From the IMG/VR virus record IMGVR_UViG_3300036781_000714, positions 1,021 to 65,020 of that record: a stretch of DNA of 64,000 nt; one strand, given 5' to 3'. Source of the DNA: a virus (lineage: Duplodnaviria > Caudoviricetes). This document shows, in pieces, positions 17,973 through 27,151 of this stretch (its first letter is position 1; each line of letters starts with the position of its first letter). A model generated the notes under the pieces. The model searched no databases and was not told the DNA's origin. It saw only the letters and a list, made by a program, of their open reading frames with translations. The translations under genes were made by a program, and so were the position numbers.

Positions 17973-18008
17973 GAGAGCGCTCGGGCGAAATCCCGGGCGC
18001 TTCTCTTT
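17973..18008 (+). terminator. Intrinsic terminator after the array
   Basis: GCGCTCGGG-CGAAAT-CCCGGGCGC-TTCTCTTT. Confidence 0.7.
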
Positions 18009-18039
18009 GCACATCGATGCAGTTGAAGTAACATCCAGC

Positions 18040-18255
18040 ATGCCGTTTTGGGTGCGTGTTCGACTCATTCGCATGGTCGGCGTCGGCCTTGCTGCGATCG
18101 TCTTCGCAACTACGATCGCGCTCGTTCGCCTTGGCGTTTCGCCAGAACGTTTCAACAAGCTCCGCCCGATAGAATCCAAAGCGCGGAGCCTCGTTCTCCT
18201 TATCGGCGCAATCATCACGATGATTCTGTTCGCGGCGAGCATGAAGATTTACTGA
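18040..18255 (+). CDS. Small two-TM membrane protein
   Basis: Two hydrophobic segments in 71 aa. Confidence 0.55.
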   Translation: MPFWVRVRLIRMVGVGLAAIVFATTIALVRLGVSPERFNKLRPIESKARSLVLLIGAIITMILFAASMKIY

Positions 18256-21236
18256 CCTGACCCGAGTCGTTTTTGCATCGGCTTGGCGAGCGCACCTGCG
18301 CCGCGAGCACCAGCGGCCGTGGAGAATCGGTCAAGCAACTTTCGCATCTCACCGTGCACGACCGATGCAGCCTGAGCTTTCTGAACGCTCGTGGCATCGG
18401 TCGATGTGAGAATCCTCGCGATCTCGGCGTCTGTCATCGCTCGAGCTTTATTCGCAGACTCTTTCGCCGCACCACCGAGCAACGTTTTCGCGGCGCCGCC
18501 TACATTTCCGCCGACGAGCTGCATCGCCGCCGATCCGGTCGCCTTGTCGCGAGACGCGTCCTCGGCAACGCGACGCGCGGTCTGTGATCCTCCAAGAATG
18601 CGATCAATCTTGCCTTGGAGATCGTCCCATCCCCTTACTGTGTTTTGAAATTCCTGATGGGACGTCGCATCCGGGAAGGCGTGGGCGACCTGCGCGAGTC
18701 GCTCAGGCGACTTCGCGACGACCTGACCAGGTGAGCGAAGGCGCATGTTCGCCGCATCGAGCTTCCCGCGCACAGCTTGGGCGGCGCCTTGCTGCAGCGC
18801 CTTTTGCTCGTCCGGCGACATGGCAGATTTGTCGACGGCGAGCTGCGCGAGACTCTTCTCAGGTGAATTCCCTGATGGTGCGGCGCGGTACTTCGTAATG
18901 TCGAGTCCCGTGCGCGCCGCGGCCGACGTTGCCGATTCCTCAGGAATTGGCGGCGCGGCTGGAATCTGATGCGGGACTGCAGCGAGTGCGTCGGCGAGTT
19001 TTGCGGGAGTCGCTGCATCCCCGGTCGCGAGCGCGATACGTCGCGCCATCGCCGATTTCGGATCGCCTAACGCGGCGACTTGCTTCGCGCTGAATCCGGG
19101 GCCGTTTCTGAGTTTATCCGTGACCGCAGAGAGCGCGCCCGTGCGATACGCCTGCTGTTCAATCGCTGGCGCTGCACCGACATCGCGTTCGATCGCGTCA
19201 AGCGATTGGTAGATCGCTTTTTTCCCGGCTGGGTTGGTTTGCGCGCGCATCACATCACGGCCTTTGTTCAACGCGTCGATCACACGCGAACGAGCCGAGT
19301 ACGCATCGTCGGCGCTGCGCCATACATCTGGGAGTTCGCTGCGGACTTTGCCCCAGATATTGAGTGCGCCCTGTGCCTGCGTCGCAACCGTTCCGCCAGC
19401 GCCATCATGAATGCCGAGTCGCGCCGTCTGCGCGAGTTTCTGCTTCATGAGGTGCAACACTTCCGGATCGGGCAATTCTTTGTCACCAGCAATGTCCGGC
19501 ATTGAGATCCCGCGCTCAGCCGCGGTCATTTGCACGTTCGCCCACTGCTCGGGCGAATAGCCCGCAGGCGCACCGCCCGTCGTCGGCAGTGGCGACATGC
19601 GATTGCCTTTCTGCGCCTTCGCCCAAGAGAAGGCCTGCTGTCCCGCAGGAGTTTTTAGAATATCATCAAGTGTCTCGGAGCGAACGGCCTGGCCTTGTGT
19701 CGCCGCGCGAGCCTTTCCATACAGGTCGGCCGCTTCTTTCGAGCGATCATCGACATACTGCCGCAGCGTTCCGATAGCGTTGTCGTTTCCCCCCGTCACA
19801 GACTGCCAAGCGTCGAGATGTTTCGGCACGTCCGGTTCAGCCGCGTTAGTCTCCGCAGTGACCGTCTTCGCGACGTTTGCCACGTTTGCGCGACTCGCTT
19901 GCTCGTCCGAGAGACGACGTAGCAGCGCTTCGCCGTCTTCGCGTGTCGTGCCGGTGCCCTGGTCGAACGCCTTGGTCACCGCATCGCGCATCTGGCCTTG
20001 CCGGTCATTGGCCGCCTTTGTGATGATCGCCCTGCCCGGCCCAGGTCTGTTCGCGATATTCTCGGCCAACCCAGTGACACTCGGGCCGCCACGTTCGAGC
20101 ACAGAAAGCTCGACGCCTTTCGGGCCATCGGACGGCGTGAATCCGGCCGCCTGGTCTTCTGCGGCTCGTTGCGCGATCTCTGTGTTGGCCGCTCCACGAG
20201 CGCCAAGTGCATTGGCTACATCGCGGAGTTTTCCGGCCGCCTTGCTGCCCTGCGGCAGCTTATCTGCGAGCGCATCGGCCGCTGCCTGTGTGAGCCGCGT
20301 CCCGCCAAGGCGAGCCACGCCTTTCGACACGAGTTCGCCGGCTGGTTGCGCAATCGCGCCGCCGACCGCGCCTTCCGCTGCACCGATCCCTGCACCTTTC
20401 GCGCGATCTTCGATGCCGCCTTCGGCGTTCCCTGCACCACTCGCAGCGCCGATCGCGGCACCGGTTCCTGCTGCGCGGAGAATTCGAGCACCGCGCGACG
20501 CGTTTGACGCGGCGTTGACCGCTTCAGCGGCCTTCGCCCCTATACCTACCGCTCGCGCACCTGCGCCGAGGAGTGCTCCACCGGCCAACGCCCCACCGAC
20601 TGCCCCAGTCACCTCGCCGACACCGGACGCGATTGGATGTGCGTCGGAATACTCCTTTAGCGCTGCCCGTTCGGCCGCGACATTTTGGTCATACGACTTT
20701 CTTAATGTTGAACCAAAGTCGCCACCATGAAGAAACTTCGCCTTCGCCGCATCAACCAACGCGTCGGCTGCCGCATTCATTTCATCAGAGAATTCGGATG
20801 TCGCGCCGTGCGCGAGGACGTCGCCCATGCCGACGCGGGCATTCGACCCATCGTACTTCTGTGTATTGCTGCCGACTACTGGCGGTGTGACGGCTGCTGA
20901 AGCACTCGGCTGCGCAGCACTGGTCAGCGGTTTGTATGTCCCATTCGCGAGCGCATGCGTGCGCTCTACGACGAGACCCGGATCGGCGCCGGCCGCGAGC
21001 GCCGTATTGGCGTCTTGCGCATGCTGCGGATTCGCCTTGAGGAATGTCAACACCTGGCCGAGTCGCGCATTGACGGCGTTTACTGGCGCGCCCTGCGTGA
21101 TTGCCTCGTTCGCACCGAGACCGAGATAGTGCTCGATCGTGCTGGGCGTCTGCGGAGATCCCGGTATTTGAGGCGTTGCCTGAGGCGGCGCACCGAGATC
21201 GATATTGCCGCCTGGATCGATTCGAGGACCGGTCAT
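18249..21236 (-). CDS. Large Ala/Gly-rich internal virion (DNA ejection) protein
   Basis: 995 aa with GAAIGAASGAG-type segments; last gene of the tail/ejection block. Confidence 0.7.
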   Translation of the reverse strand: MTGPRIDPGGNIDLGAPPQATPQIPGSPQTPSTIEHYLGLGANEAITQGAPVNAVNARLGQVLTFLKANPQHAQDANTALAAGADPGLVVERTHALANGTYKPLTSAAQPSASAAVTPPVVGSNTQKYDGSNARVGMGDVLAHGATSEFSDEMNAAADALVDAAKAKFLHGGDFGSTLRKSYDQNVAAERAALKEYSDAHPIASGVGEVTGAVGGALAGGALLGAGARAVGIGAKAAEAVNAASNASRGARILRAAGTGAAIGAASGAGNAEGGIEDRAKGAGIGAAEGAVGGAIAQPAGELVSKGVARLGGTRLTQAAADALADKLPQGSKAAGKLRDVANALGARGAANTEIAQRAAEDQAAGFTPSDGPKGVELSVLERGGPSVTGLAENIANRPGPGRAIITKAANDRQGQMRDAVTKAFDQGTGTTREDGEALLRRLSDEQASRANVANVAKTVTAETNAAEPDVPKHLDAWQSVTGGNDNAIGTLRQYVDDRSKEAADLYGKARAATQGQAVRSETLDDILKTPAGQQAFSWAKAQKGNRMSPLPTTGGAPAGYSPEQWANVQMTAAERGISMPDIAGDKELPDPEVLHLMKQKLAQTARLGIHDGAGGTVATQAQGALNIWGKVRSELPDVWRSADDAYSARSRVIDALNKGRDVMRAQTNPAGKKAIYQSLDAIERDVGAAPAIEQQAYRTGALSAVTDKLRNGPGFSAKQVAALGDPKSAMARRIALATGDAATPAKLADALAAVPHQIPAAPPIPEESATSAAARTGLDITKYRAAPSGNSPEKSLAQLAVDKSAMSPDEQKALQQGAAQAVRGKLDAANMRLRSPGQVVAKSPERLAQVAHAFPDATSHQEFQNTVRGWDDLQGKIDRILGGSQTARRVAEDASRDKATGSAAMQLVGGNVGGAAKTLLGGAAKESANKARAMTDAEIARILTSTDATSVQKAQAASVVHGEMRKLLDRFSTAAGARGAGALAKPMQKRLGSGQ

Positions 21237-22585
21237 GGTGCGGGCGGGAAAAGGTCTCTGTACGCGCTTGATAGCGGCACGCTTTTCGGGGTCGGACTTG
21301 GCGCAGTTGACCCACCTGGCGACGCCGACGAAATCACGCCCGGTCGATCACCGTCGAAGCTCCCGAGATTTGGAACGGGATAGCCGTTCTGATTGAGATA
21401 ATTAACGTCCTCCGGATTGATGTACGCGGCGGCGCGACCTGACCCCAGGATCTGCCCCGACACGGCCTGTTGGCGCGCCTTGCGCTTCGCCGTGAGCACG
21501 GGACCGGTATCGCCCGGCTTTGGGATGTAAGCGTCGCGCATCCTTTGAATTTCTTGGTCGTTGATTCGTTTGCCGCTGCGGGAGAAGGCCAACGCCTGCA
21601 GGAATTGGTCAGCTGACTGATTGAACTGCTGGCCCTGCGGGCCAATCAGAAAATTCCCGAGCGTGCCTTTCGCGCCGAGTTTCGTTACGACATCCGGAGC
21701 GTCTTGCGCATCGAGTGTGCGCAGTGAAGTGACGAGTTCCGGGACCAGTCCCGCCGTCTTGAGATCGTCCGCTTTCGGCAGTGAGTATTGAAATTTCGCT
21801 TTCGCAGCCGCGACCTCACCGCGAATCTTCGCGTCCGTCTCGGGTCCGATCAACTTCAGCCTGTTGGCGAGATCGAGCTGAGCGTGCAGCGCGGTCACGT
21901 CCTTTTCGTTTTTGACGTTTTGCGCGGATACGGTGAGTTCATCGGCCAGATGCTGATGCGCGCCTTGTCCAGCCGCCGACGCGTTGTAGTCGTAGGTCGC
22001 TGGAATCTGCGTCGTTTTGGTCGCGCTCGGACCCAAGTGGTATGTCTGCGCCGTCATCGGGCTCGCAGGCACCTGGGGTGCCGGGACCGCTGGCGGAGGC
22101 GCTGCCGATTGCCCTTCTGATGGCGTCACCTGCATCGGTGGCAATCCGCTCGTCATCGCGCTCGCGAGCGGGCGAAGGGGGGTGATGGGCGTCGGCATCG
22201 CATCGGGAACGGCATCGGCCGACGCCTCATCGTGCGCAGGCGTGAATCCCGAGAGCGTATTCTCTCTCGCCTGAGACGCTCGCTGTATGTCCATGTTCTG
22301 GTCCGCGATCGTCTGCGCGTGCTGCTGCGCACTCTGGCGGAGACCAAAGTCCGCTTTCTGTGCCGAGGCCTCACGCGCTTCTCGCTGCTGCTGCAACGCG
22401 AGGTCCTGTCGGCGCAACATCAGCTCGTTCTGCGCGTTGCGCCGCAGCATCGCGTTGTGCAGTAGTGACGTCGCTCCGCTCGTAAGCGCGTCGATAGCCC
22501 CGCCGACATCGATCTGTCGCGTCGGCGGGTTCGGAGCGCCCGGTGAGCCGAAGAGGCTCTGCGATTGCGCCATGTATCGCGGCAT
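21233..22585 (-). CDS. Internal virion/ejection protein
   Basis: 450 aa, Gln/Ala/Pro-rich; position. Confidence 0.6.
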   Translation of the reverse strand: MPRYMAQSQSLFGSPGAPNPPTRQIDVGGAIDALTSGATSLLHNAMLRRNAQNELMLRRQDLALQQQREAREASAQKADFGLRQSAQQHAQTIADQNMDIQRASQARENTLSGFTPAHDEASADAVPDAMPTPITPLRPLASAMTSGLPPMQVTPSEGQSAAPPPAVPAPQVPASPMTAQTYHLGPSATKTTQIPATYDYNASAAGQGAHQHLADELTVSAQNVKNEKDVTALHAQLDLANRLKLIGPETDAKIRGEVAAAKAKFQYSLPKADDLKTAGLVPELVTSLRTLDAQDAPDVVTKLGAKGTLGNFLIGPQGQQFNQSADQFLQALAFSRSGKRINDQEIQRMRDAYIPKPGDTGPVLTAKRKARQQAVSGQILGSGRAAAYINPEDVNYLNQNGYPVPNLGSFDGDRPGVISSASPGGSTAPSPTPKSVPLSSAYRDLFPPAP

Positions 22586-22588
22586 CCC

Positions 22589-23203
22589 TTACCCCACGTT
22601 GAAGTCAGCGTTCGATGTGCCAGCTCCGGCATTGAGCGTTTTCTGATTGCCGGAGAACCACGGCGACGACGGATGCCCGACCGGATCAATGACCGCGTCC
22701 ATGTTGCGGTCGAAGGTCGGGCCCCCGGAGAGCATCGCGGAGCCGACTGGCGAGTTGCCAGTCGTTGGGGGATTCATCGCGTTCATGTCTTGGTGCGCCC
22801 CATAGGCCTGCATCGTGCCCGTGACGGCCCCGACGCCGGCTCCGAGCAGTGTGTTGTCGTACTGGGCCTGGTTCGTCTTGAGCGCTTGATCATGCTGATT
22901 GTTTAAATCCTGGCGCTCAAGGCCAAGCTCATGCTCAGTGTCCGCGGTCTGCTGCGCGCCGAGCGTGTGTGGCGTGGATCCACTCATCATCGCCCCGGCG
23001 ACGGGCGAGAGGCCACGGGCCGCGAGCGACTCCGCAGTATCCTGACGGACACCGCGCTGCTGCGTGTTGAGCCGATCACTCGCAAGCCGATAGTTCGCGT
23101 CGATGAATCCTTTGTTGCGCTGTTTGTCCTGATTGCCCTGGACGCCTTTGGCGACACCGCCGATGATGGCGCTTCCCGCGATTGCCGTCGCTACCCAAGA
23201 CAT
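22589..23203 (-). CDS. Small ejection/pilot protein
   Basis: MSWVATAIAGSAIIGG N-terminus typical of podovirus pilot proteins. Confidence 0.65.
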   Translation of the reverse strand: MSWVATAIAGSAIIGGVAKGVQGNQDKQRNKGFIDANYRLASDRLNTQQRGVRQDTAESLAARGLSPVAGAMMSGSTPHTLGAQQTADTEHELGLERQDLNNQHDQALKTNQAQYDNTLLGAGVGAVTGTMQAYGAHQDMNAMNPPTTGNSPVGSAMLSGGPTFDRNMDAVIDPVGHPSSPWFSGNQKTLNAGAGTSNADFNVG

Positions 23204-23670
23204 ACGTCCTCCTCCTGCATCGGCAGATACGGGATGTCGTGCGGCTCATGCGGCTCGATCAATTGCGCTTCCAACTTCTCTAAATCCGTCTCGGATGTCG
23301 CGTGAATCGTCGTCCACACCGTGTCTTCGTGCGCGAAGCCGACACGACGCGTGCCCGGCTCGGCGACGAAGGCGAACGGCGCCTGAATGCGCCGGGCCGG
23401 CTCGCCAGGCGACCACACGGTGATGTCGCCTTGCGAGACGATGTTCAGATGCCGCGTCCGATGGATCTTTCCCGTCAGGAGCGTCCCGGCCGGAATGGTG
23501 ATCTCGCGCGCGTAGATCCCATCGGCGAAATGATGCGTCGGCGCGATCTCGACTTGCTCGCGCTGCCGCATCGCGGTTTCGAGCGCATCAATTGAGAACG
23601 CGTCGTCCGCGAGGATGGCGGCGATGGGCGAAGCGAGGGCCACATGCGCGGGTACGTCGTGCTCACTCAT
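23191..23670 (-). CDS. Cupin-fold phage protein
   Basis: HHFADGIYAREITIPAGTLLTGKIH...H; PGTRRVGFAHEDTVWTTIH. Confidence 0.75.
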   Translation of the reverse strand: MSEHDVPAHVALASPIAAILADDAFSIDALETAMRQREQVEIAPTHHFADGIYAREITIPAGTLLTGKIHRTRHLNIVSQGDITVWSPGEPARRIQAPFAFVAEPGTRRVGFAHEDTVWTTIHATSETDLEKLEAQLIEPHEPHDIPYLPMQEEDVCLG

Positions 23671-24485
23671 GTATCGATGAACCCGTGGGTGCGCGCTTCC
23701 GCGAGCAAGGTGTTGAACTTCGTGACGAGGTCGTCGAATGCGCCCGCGAGCACATTGAACGCGCTGGCCACGGCATCGAAGTCGGCCTTCGACACTGGAT
23801 CGGTGAGCGAGAATCCAGCGGTCACGCCCGCCGCCGCGGCGTCGGCGATCGCCGGTTGTTGATCGGTGAGCAGTTGCTTGTCGTTCTGGTCGAAGTACTT
23901 CATCGTACGGATCTTCAGCAGGACCTTGAGGAATCCCGTATCGTCGAGCGAGGCCAAGACGGTTGAGCCATCGGCGCTGATGATCGCAAAGTTGTCATCG
24001 GCGTTCAGTCCGATGTGGGCGAGCGGCGACCCGTTCCGCAGCAACGCCAGCATCGGCAGAATGTCGGCCGTGGTGTTGCGATTGAGGCGCTCGGGAAGAT
24101 CCTTATCGAACGACGCGACGGCTGTGATGTTCGTGTCGTCGTCGTCCTCGGGATGATCCTTTGTGAAAATCGTAATGTGATCGTTCTCATCGAGGCCGAC
24201 ATAGCCGAACGTCTGCCCATGCCGACGAATGCCGATCAGTGGCAGCTTGTCGGGATCAACTTCGTCGCGCTCGACGAGCAACGGCTCCTCTTTCGCCTTA
24301 TGCAGCCAGAGGCGCCCTTCGATACGACGGTCGCCAGTCTTCTCGATGCCGACTTCCTCGAACGATTCCGGCTTGTCGATGAGCGACTCGTACGTCACGA
24401 GCGCCTTGTCTGGCGATCGGCTCGGCGGCGTCGCCGGAGGAATCACGCGGTGAATCGCGGGCGGCGGCCCGATGCGATCACTCAC
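23667..24485 (-). CDS. Virion protein with head/tail-fibre-like C-terminus
   Basis: GTGA overlap start; C-terminal AIADAAA...LVTKFNTLLAEARTHGFI. Confidence 0.6.
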   Translation of the reverse strand: MSDRIGPPPAIHRVIPPATPPSRSPDKALVTYESLIDKPESFEEVGIEKTGDRRIEGRLWLHKAKEEPLLVERDEVDPDKLPLIGIRRHGQTFGYVGLDENDHITIFTKDHPEDDDDTNITAVASFDKDLPERLNRNTTADILPMLALLRNGSPLAHIGLNADDNFAIISADGSTVLASLDDTGFLKVLLKIRTMKYFDQNDKQLLTDQQPAIADAAAAGVTAGFSLTDPVSKADFDAVASAFNVLAGAFDDLVTKFNTLLAEARTHGFIDT

Positions 24486-26422
24486 GCGTCCGCCCGGATC
24501 GCGGTCGGATCTTCCGAGAAGTTCTCGATCTGGAACCGGTGATCGGCAGCCGTGCACTGCACGCGGACCTTGAGCCGTGATCCGCGCGCATAGTCCAATG
24601 TGATCGGGACAGTCACGCGAGTCCCCTGCGCGCCGCCGCCAACCGGCATCCATTTGCCGAACGAGGCCTTCCAGACTTTGACGAGATAGTCTCTGGAGTT
24701 CGCGCGCACGATGTCGCCGGCTGTGCCGTTCCCGATATTCGTGTCCGTGCCCGACGTGTCGACCCATCGATCACCATCCTGCGGCGACGCTGGCGAGTTC
24801 GGACTGATCGTCAGGACCGCTGACGCCATCGCTTGTCCGTCGATCGTCGGCATGATGCTGAACACGAAGGTCGGAATGGCGAACGAGACTTCCCACGCGA
24901 TCGTGAGGTAGCGCTTTCGCATGACGCCAACGCCGTTCGGACCGAAGGGGGCGTATTCGCCGAACGTCACGTCGGGCAATGGGCTCGCGAGCACCGGGCT
25001 GTCGGCCGGCGATGCCTTCTCCCGGTATTTCGCGATGAGCGTGCCGAGCGTCGCGGTGCCGCCGAAAAAGCGTTGCTTGTCGGCGGTATGCTCGCGGCGG
25101 AACTGCGCCGCACTGAGAATGATCTTCCCCGTGAAGACCTGGCGCGTGTAGCCGCCTGTCTTCACATGGTACTTGAGCACCACCGTGTCGCTGCCCGCGC
25201 CCCATCCCACGGTCGCATTGCAATACGGAATGCCGATGAGCACCTGTCCAAGCTCATTGTCGGCCATCATCCAGACGAGATCTTGGTTGGTCTGGCCTGG
25301 GTAGCTCGCGAGCGTCCGAAACGGATCGGTCCAGATGAGATCCCAATATCCAAAGGACTTGGATGAGAAATCTCGTAATTTCGCGCCGACGTCGGTCGTC
25401 TCCGCGCCATCGAACGTCCAGTGGCCGTTGTCGCCGACCCCATGGAGCAAGCGATCGGGCCCTTCGATGAGCGCGTGCGGCCCGACGACATTCTGCGTGC
25501 CCGCGACCGGCGACGCGCCATTGTTCTTGAACGAGTCGCGGCCATACCCTTCAATGAAGTAGAGGCCTTCGTTCGTGCCGACCCACGCGCGCTGCGCCCA
25601 GACCGTCATGGCGCGGACGATGACACCGGCCCCACCAATGAGAATCGCGTCAGAATCGACGAACGCGCGATCACTCGGATCGGCATCGCCCGAGAGAATG
25701 TCATCCTCGGCCGCGTCGAATCCGTATTTGAGCGGCTGGTTGATGTTCGAGAACATCACGCGATTCGGACCATCGCCAGTCGCCGCGTCGCTGGAGTCGA
25801 AGCCCGCGAGCAAGATGTGGCCGTTGTACGCGAGGACGAGCCGCGGGAAGAGCTGCTGCGAGTTCGAGCCGCCAGAGAATTCGCCATCTGGCCCCGTGCC
25901 GAGCGCATCGAAGGCGCTGATTGGCAACACGCTAATGGCGGGCCCGGCACTCGGATCAGTGACCACGACATACAGCCCGATCCCTTGGCGCGTCGGGAAG
26001 GCTTGGCGCGCCGAGAGCGCGGCCAAGGTGAGCCACGTCTGTTCGCCGCCGAAGACATACGGCAGCGTCGCGAACGTCACCACGTACCGGGCGACATGGC
26101 CTCCGCCGACGTTCACACCGCCAAACACCGTTCCATTGAGTTCCGCGACGCCGATGAAGGTCGCACCGGCTTCATCACCCACGTAGAGCATCTGCGGGAG
26201 TTGGGGTGCGGGTAGCGGATGGAGCGCATAGACGAGATCGAGATCGCCCGATCCGGTCGCATCGACATACGGCGTGATGTCCGAGGCCGCGACGAGTTGT
26301 CCGCGCGGTCCGATGTCGTAGCCATCGCACGCCGTGAGCTCGTCGACGCGTTGTGCGTCGGACGATCCTTCGAGGACAATCCCGCCGCCGAAGCCAGGAA
26401 CCGAGAGGACTTGGCCAGCCAC
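24482..26422 (-). CDS. Tail nozzle / packaged-DNA stabilisation protein (tubular B-like)
   Basis: 646 aa, beta-rich; PGFGGG N-terminus; NRVMFS; follows the adaptor gene. Confidence 0.65.
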   Translation of the reverse strand: MAGQVLSVPGFGGGIVLEGSSDAQRVDELTACDGYDIGPRGQLVAASDITPYVDATGSGDLDLVYALHPLPAPQLPQMLYVGDEAGATFIGVAELNGTVFGGVNVGGGHVARYVVTFATLPYVFGGEQTWLTLAALSARQAFPTRQGIGLYVVVTDPSAGPAISVLPISAFDALGTGPDGEFSGGSNSQQLFPRLVLAYNGHILLAGFDSSDAATGDGPNRVMFSNINQPLKYGFDAAEDDILSGDADPSDRAFVDSDAILIGGAGVIVRAMTVWAQRAWVGTNEGLYFIEGYGRDSFKNNGASPVAGTQNVVGPHALIEGPDRLLHGVGDNGHWTFDGAETTDVGAKLRDFSSKSFGYWDLIWTDPFRTLASYPGQTNQDLVWMMADNELGQVLIGIPYCNATVGWGAGSDTVVLKYHVKTGGYTRQVFTGKIILSAAQFRREHTADKQRFFGGTATLGTLIAKYREKASPADSPVLASPLPDVTFGEYAPFGPNGVGVMRKRYLTIAWEVSFAIPTFVFSIMPTIDGQAMASAVLTISPNSPASPQDGDRWVDTSGTDTNIGNGTAGDIVRANSRDYLVKVWKASFGKWMPVGGGAQGTRVTVPITLDYARGSRLKVRVQCTAADHRFQIENFSEDPTAIRADA

Positions 26423-27100
26423 TTACTCGGTACCCGGTCCTTGCTGCATGAGCGACTGCAGGCGCTGCATGATGATGCCACCGTGCGGTGACGTGAGCGC
26501 AGTCATCGAGAGACCGGAGAGGTGAATGAAGAGCGCGTACTGCTGATCGCGGTACGTCTTGAGCGCCGCGAATTCTGACGCATTGCGTCCCTCATCTTTC
26601 GTCGCGAGATACGTCGCCATCTCCACGATGATCAATTCGAGATGGCGCACGGGAAAGCGCGCGTCGAGCACATCGGTGAGCGCCGTGAGGGACGCGGGCG
26701 CATCGAGTTGGAAGACCGTGACCGGTTCGCCAACAGGGTCGCCGGGTTTGCCGCGCGAAATGAGGAGCTCCGCTTGCCGGTACATCGCTGGTGCGAGATG
26801 CCAACTCCGCTCGATCTCTTCGACCGGGATCACGTTGATTTTCGTGCCGTCGGCCCGCTGCACGCGACGGACATCGATAATGTCGGCCGACAACGCCCCA
26901 CTCGCCGGATTGCCGGTGAGCGAGATCGTCGCGCGCGAGAGATAGCGTTCTGGCGCGGCGACGGCCGACGCTGCGAAGATCACCTGGTAGATGCGATTGG
27001 CGAGGGCGACGAGCTCACCATCGGTCGCGAGTTTTCCCGGATCATTCGCGGTCGACCGGCTGTACGCGGCCTCGACGAGAATCTGAACGGTCGTTGACAT
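26423..27100 (-). CDS. Head-tail adaptor (tubular A-like)
   Basis: 225 aa; position and helix/beta/helix pattern. Confidence 0.6.
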   Translation of the reverse strand: MSTTVQILVEAAYSRSTANDPGKLATDGELVALANRIYQVIFAASAVAAPERYLSRATISLTGNPASGALSADIIDVRRVQRADGTKINVIPVEEIERSWHLAPAMYRQAELLISRGKPGDPVGEPVTVFQLDAPASLTALTDVLDARFPVRHLELIIVEMATYLATKDEGRNASEFAALKTYRDQQYALFIHLSGLSMTALTSPHGGIIMQRLQSLMQQGPGTE

Positions 27101-27151
27101 CAGCGATTCCTATTCGAGAAGGAGGGACGCGCGCGTGCGAGCGTTCGAGTG

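Larger units (their letters stand above)
17779..18008 (+). ncRNA. Putative guide-RNA transcript (leader + two GGY-NN units + terminator)
   Basis: Own promoter and terminator bracket a 5-nt-periodic array; about 1.1 kb downstream of the RAMP-like gene. Confidence 0.7.

Noticed and set aside
17769-18242. ORFs translated across the pentamer array (17769-17954 +, 17832-18242 -, 5' part of 17935-18255 +)
   Set aside because: A 5-nt period is not codon-compatible, there is no RBS, and the tract is bracketed by a promoter and terminator
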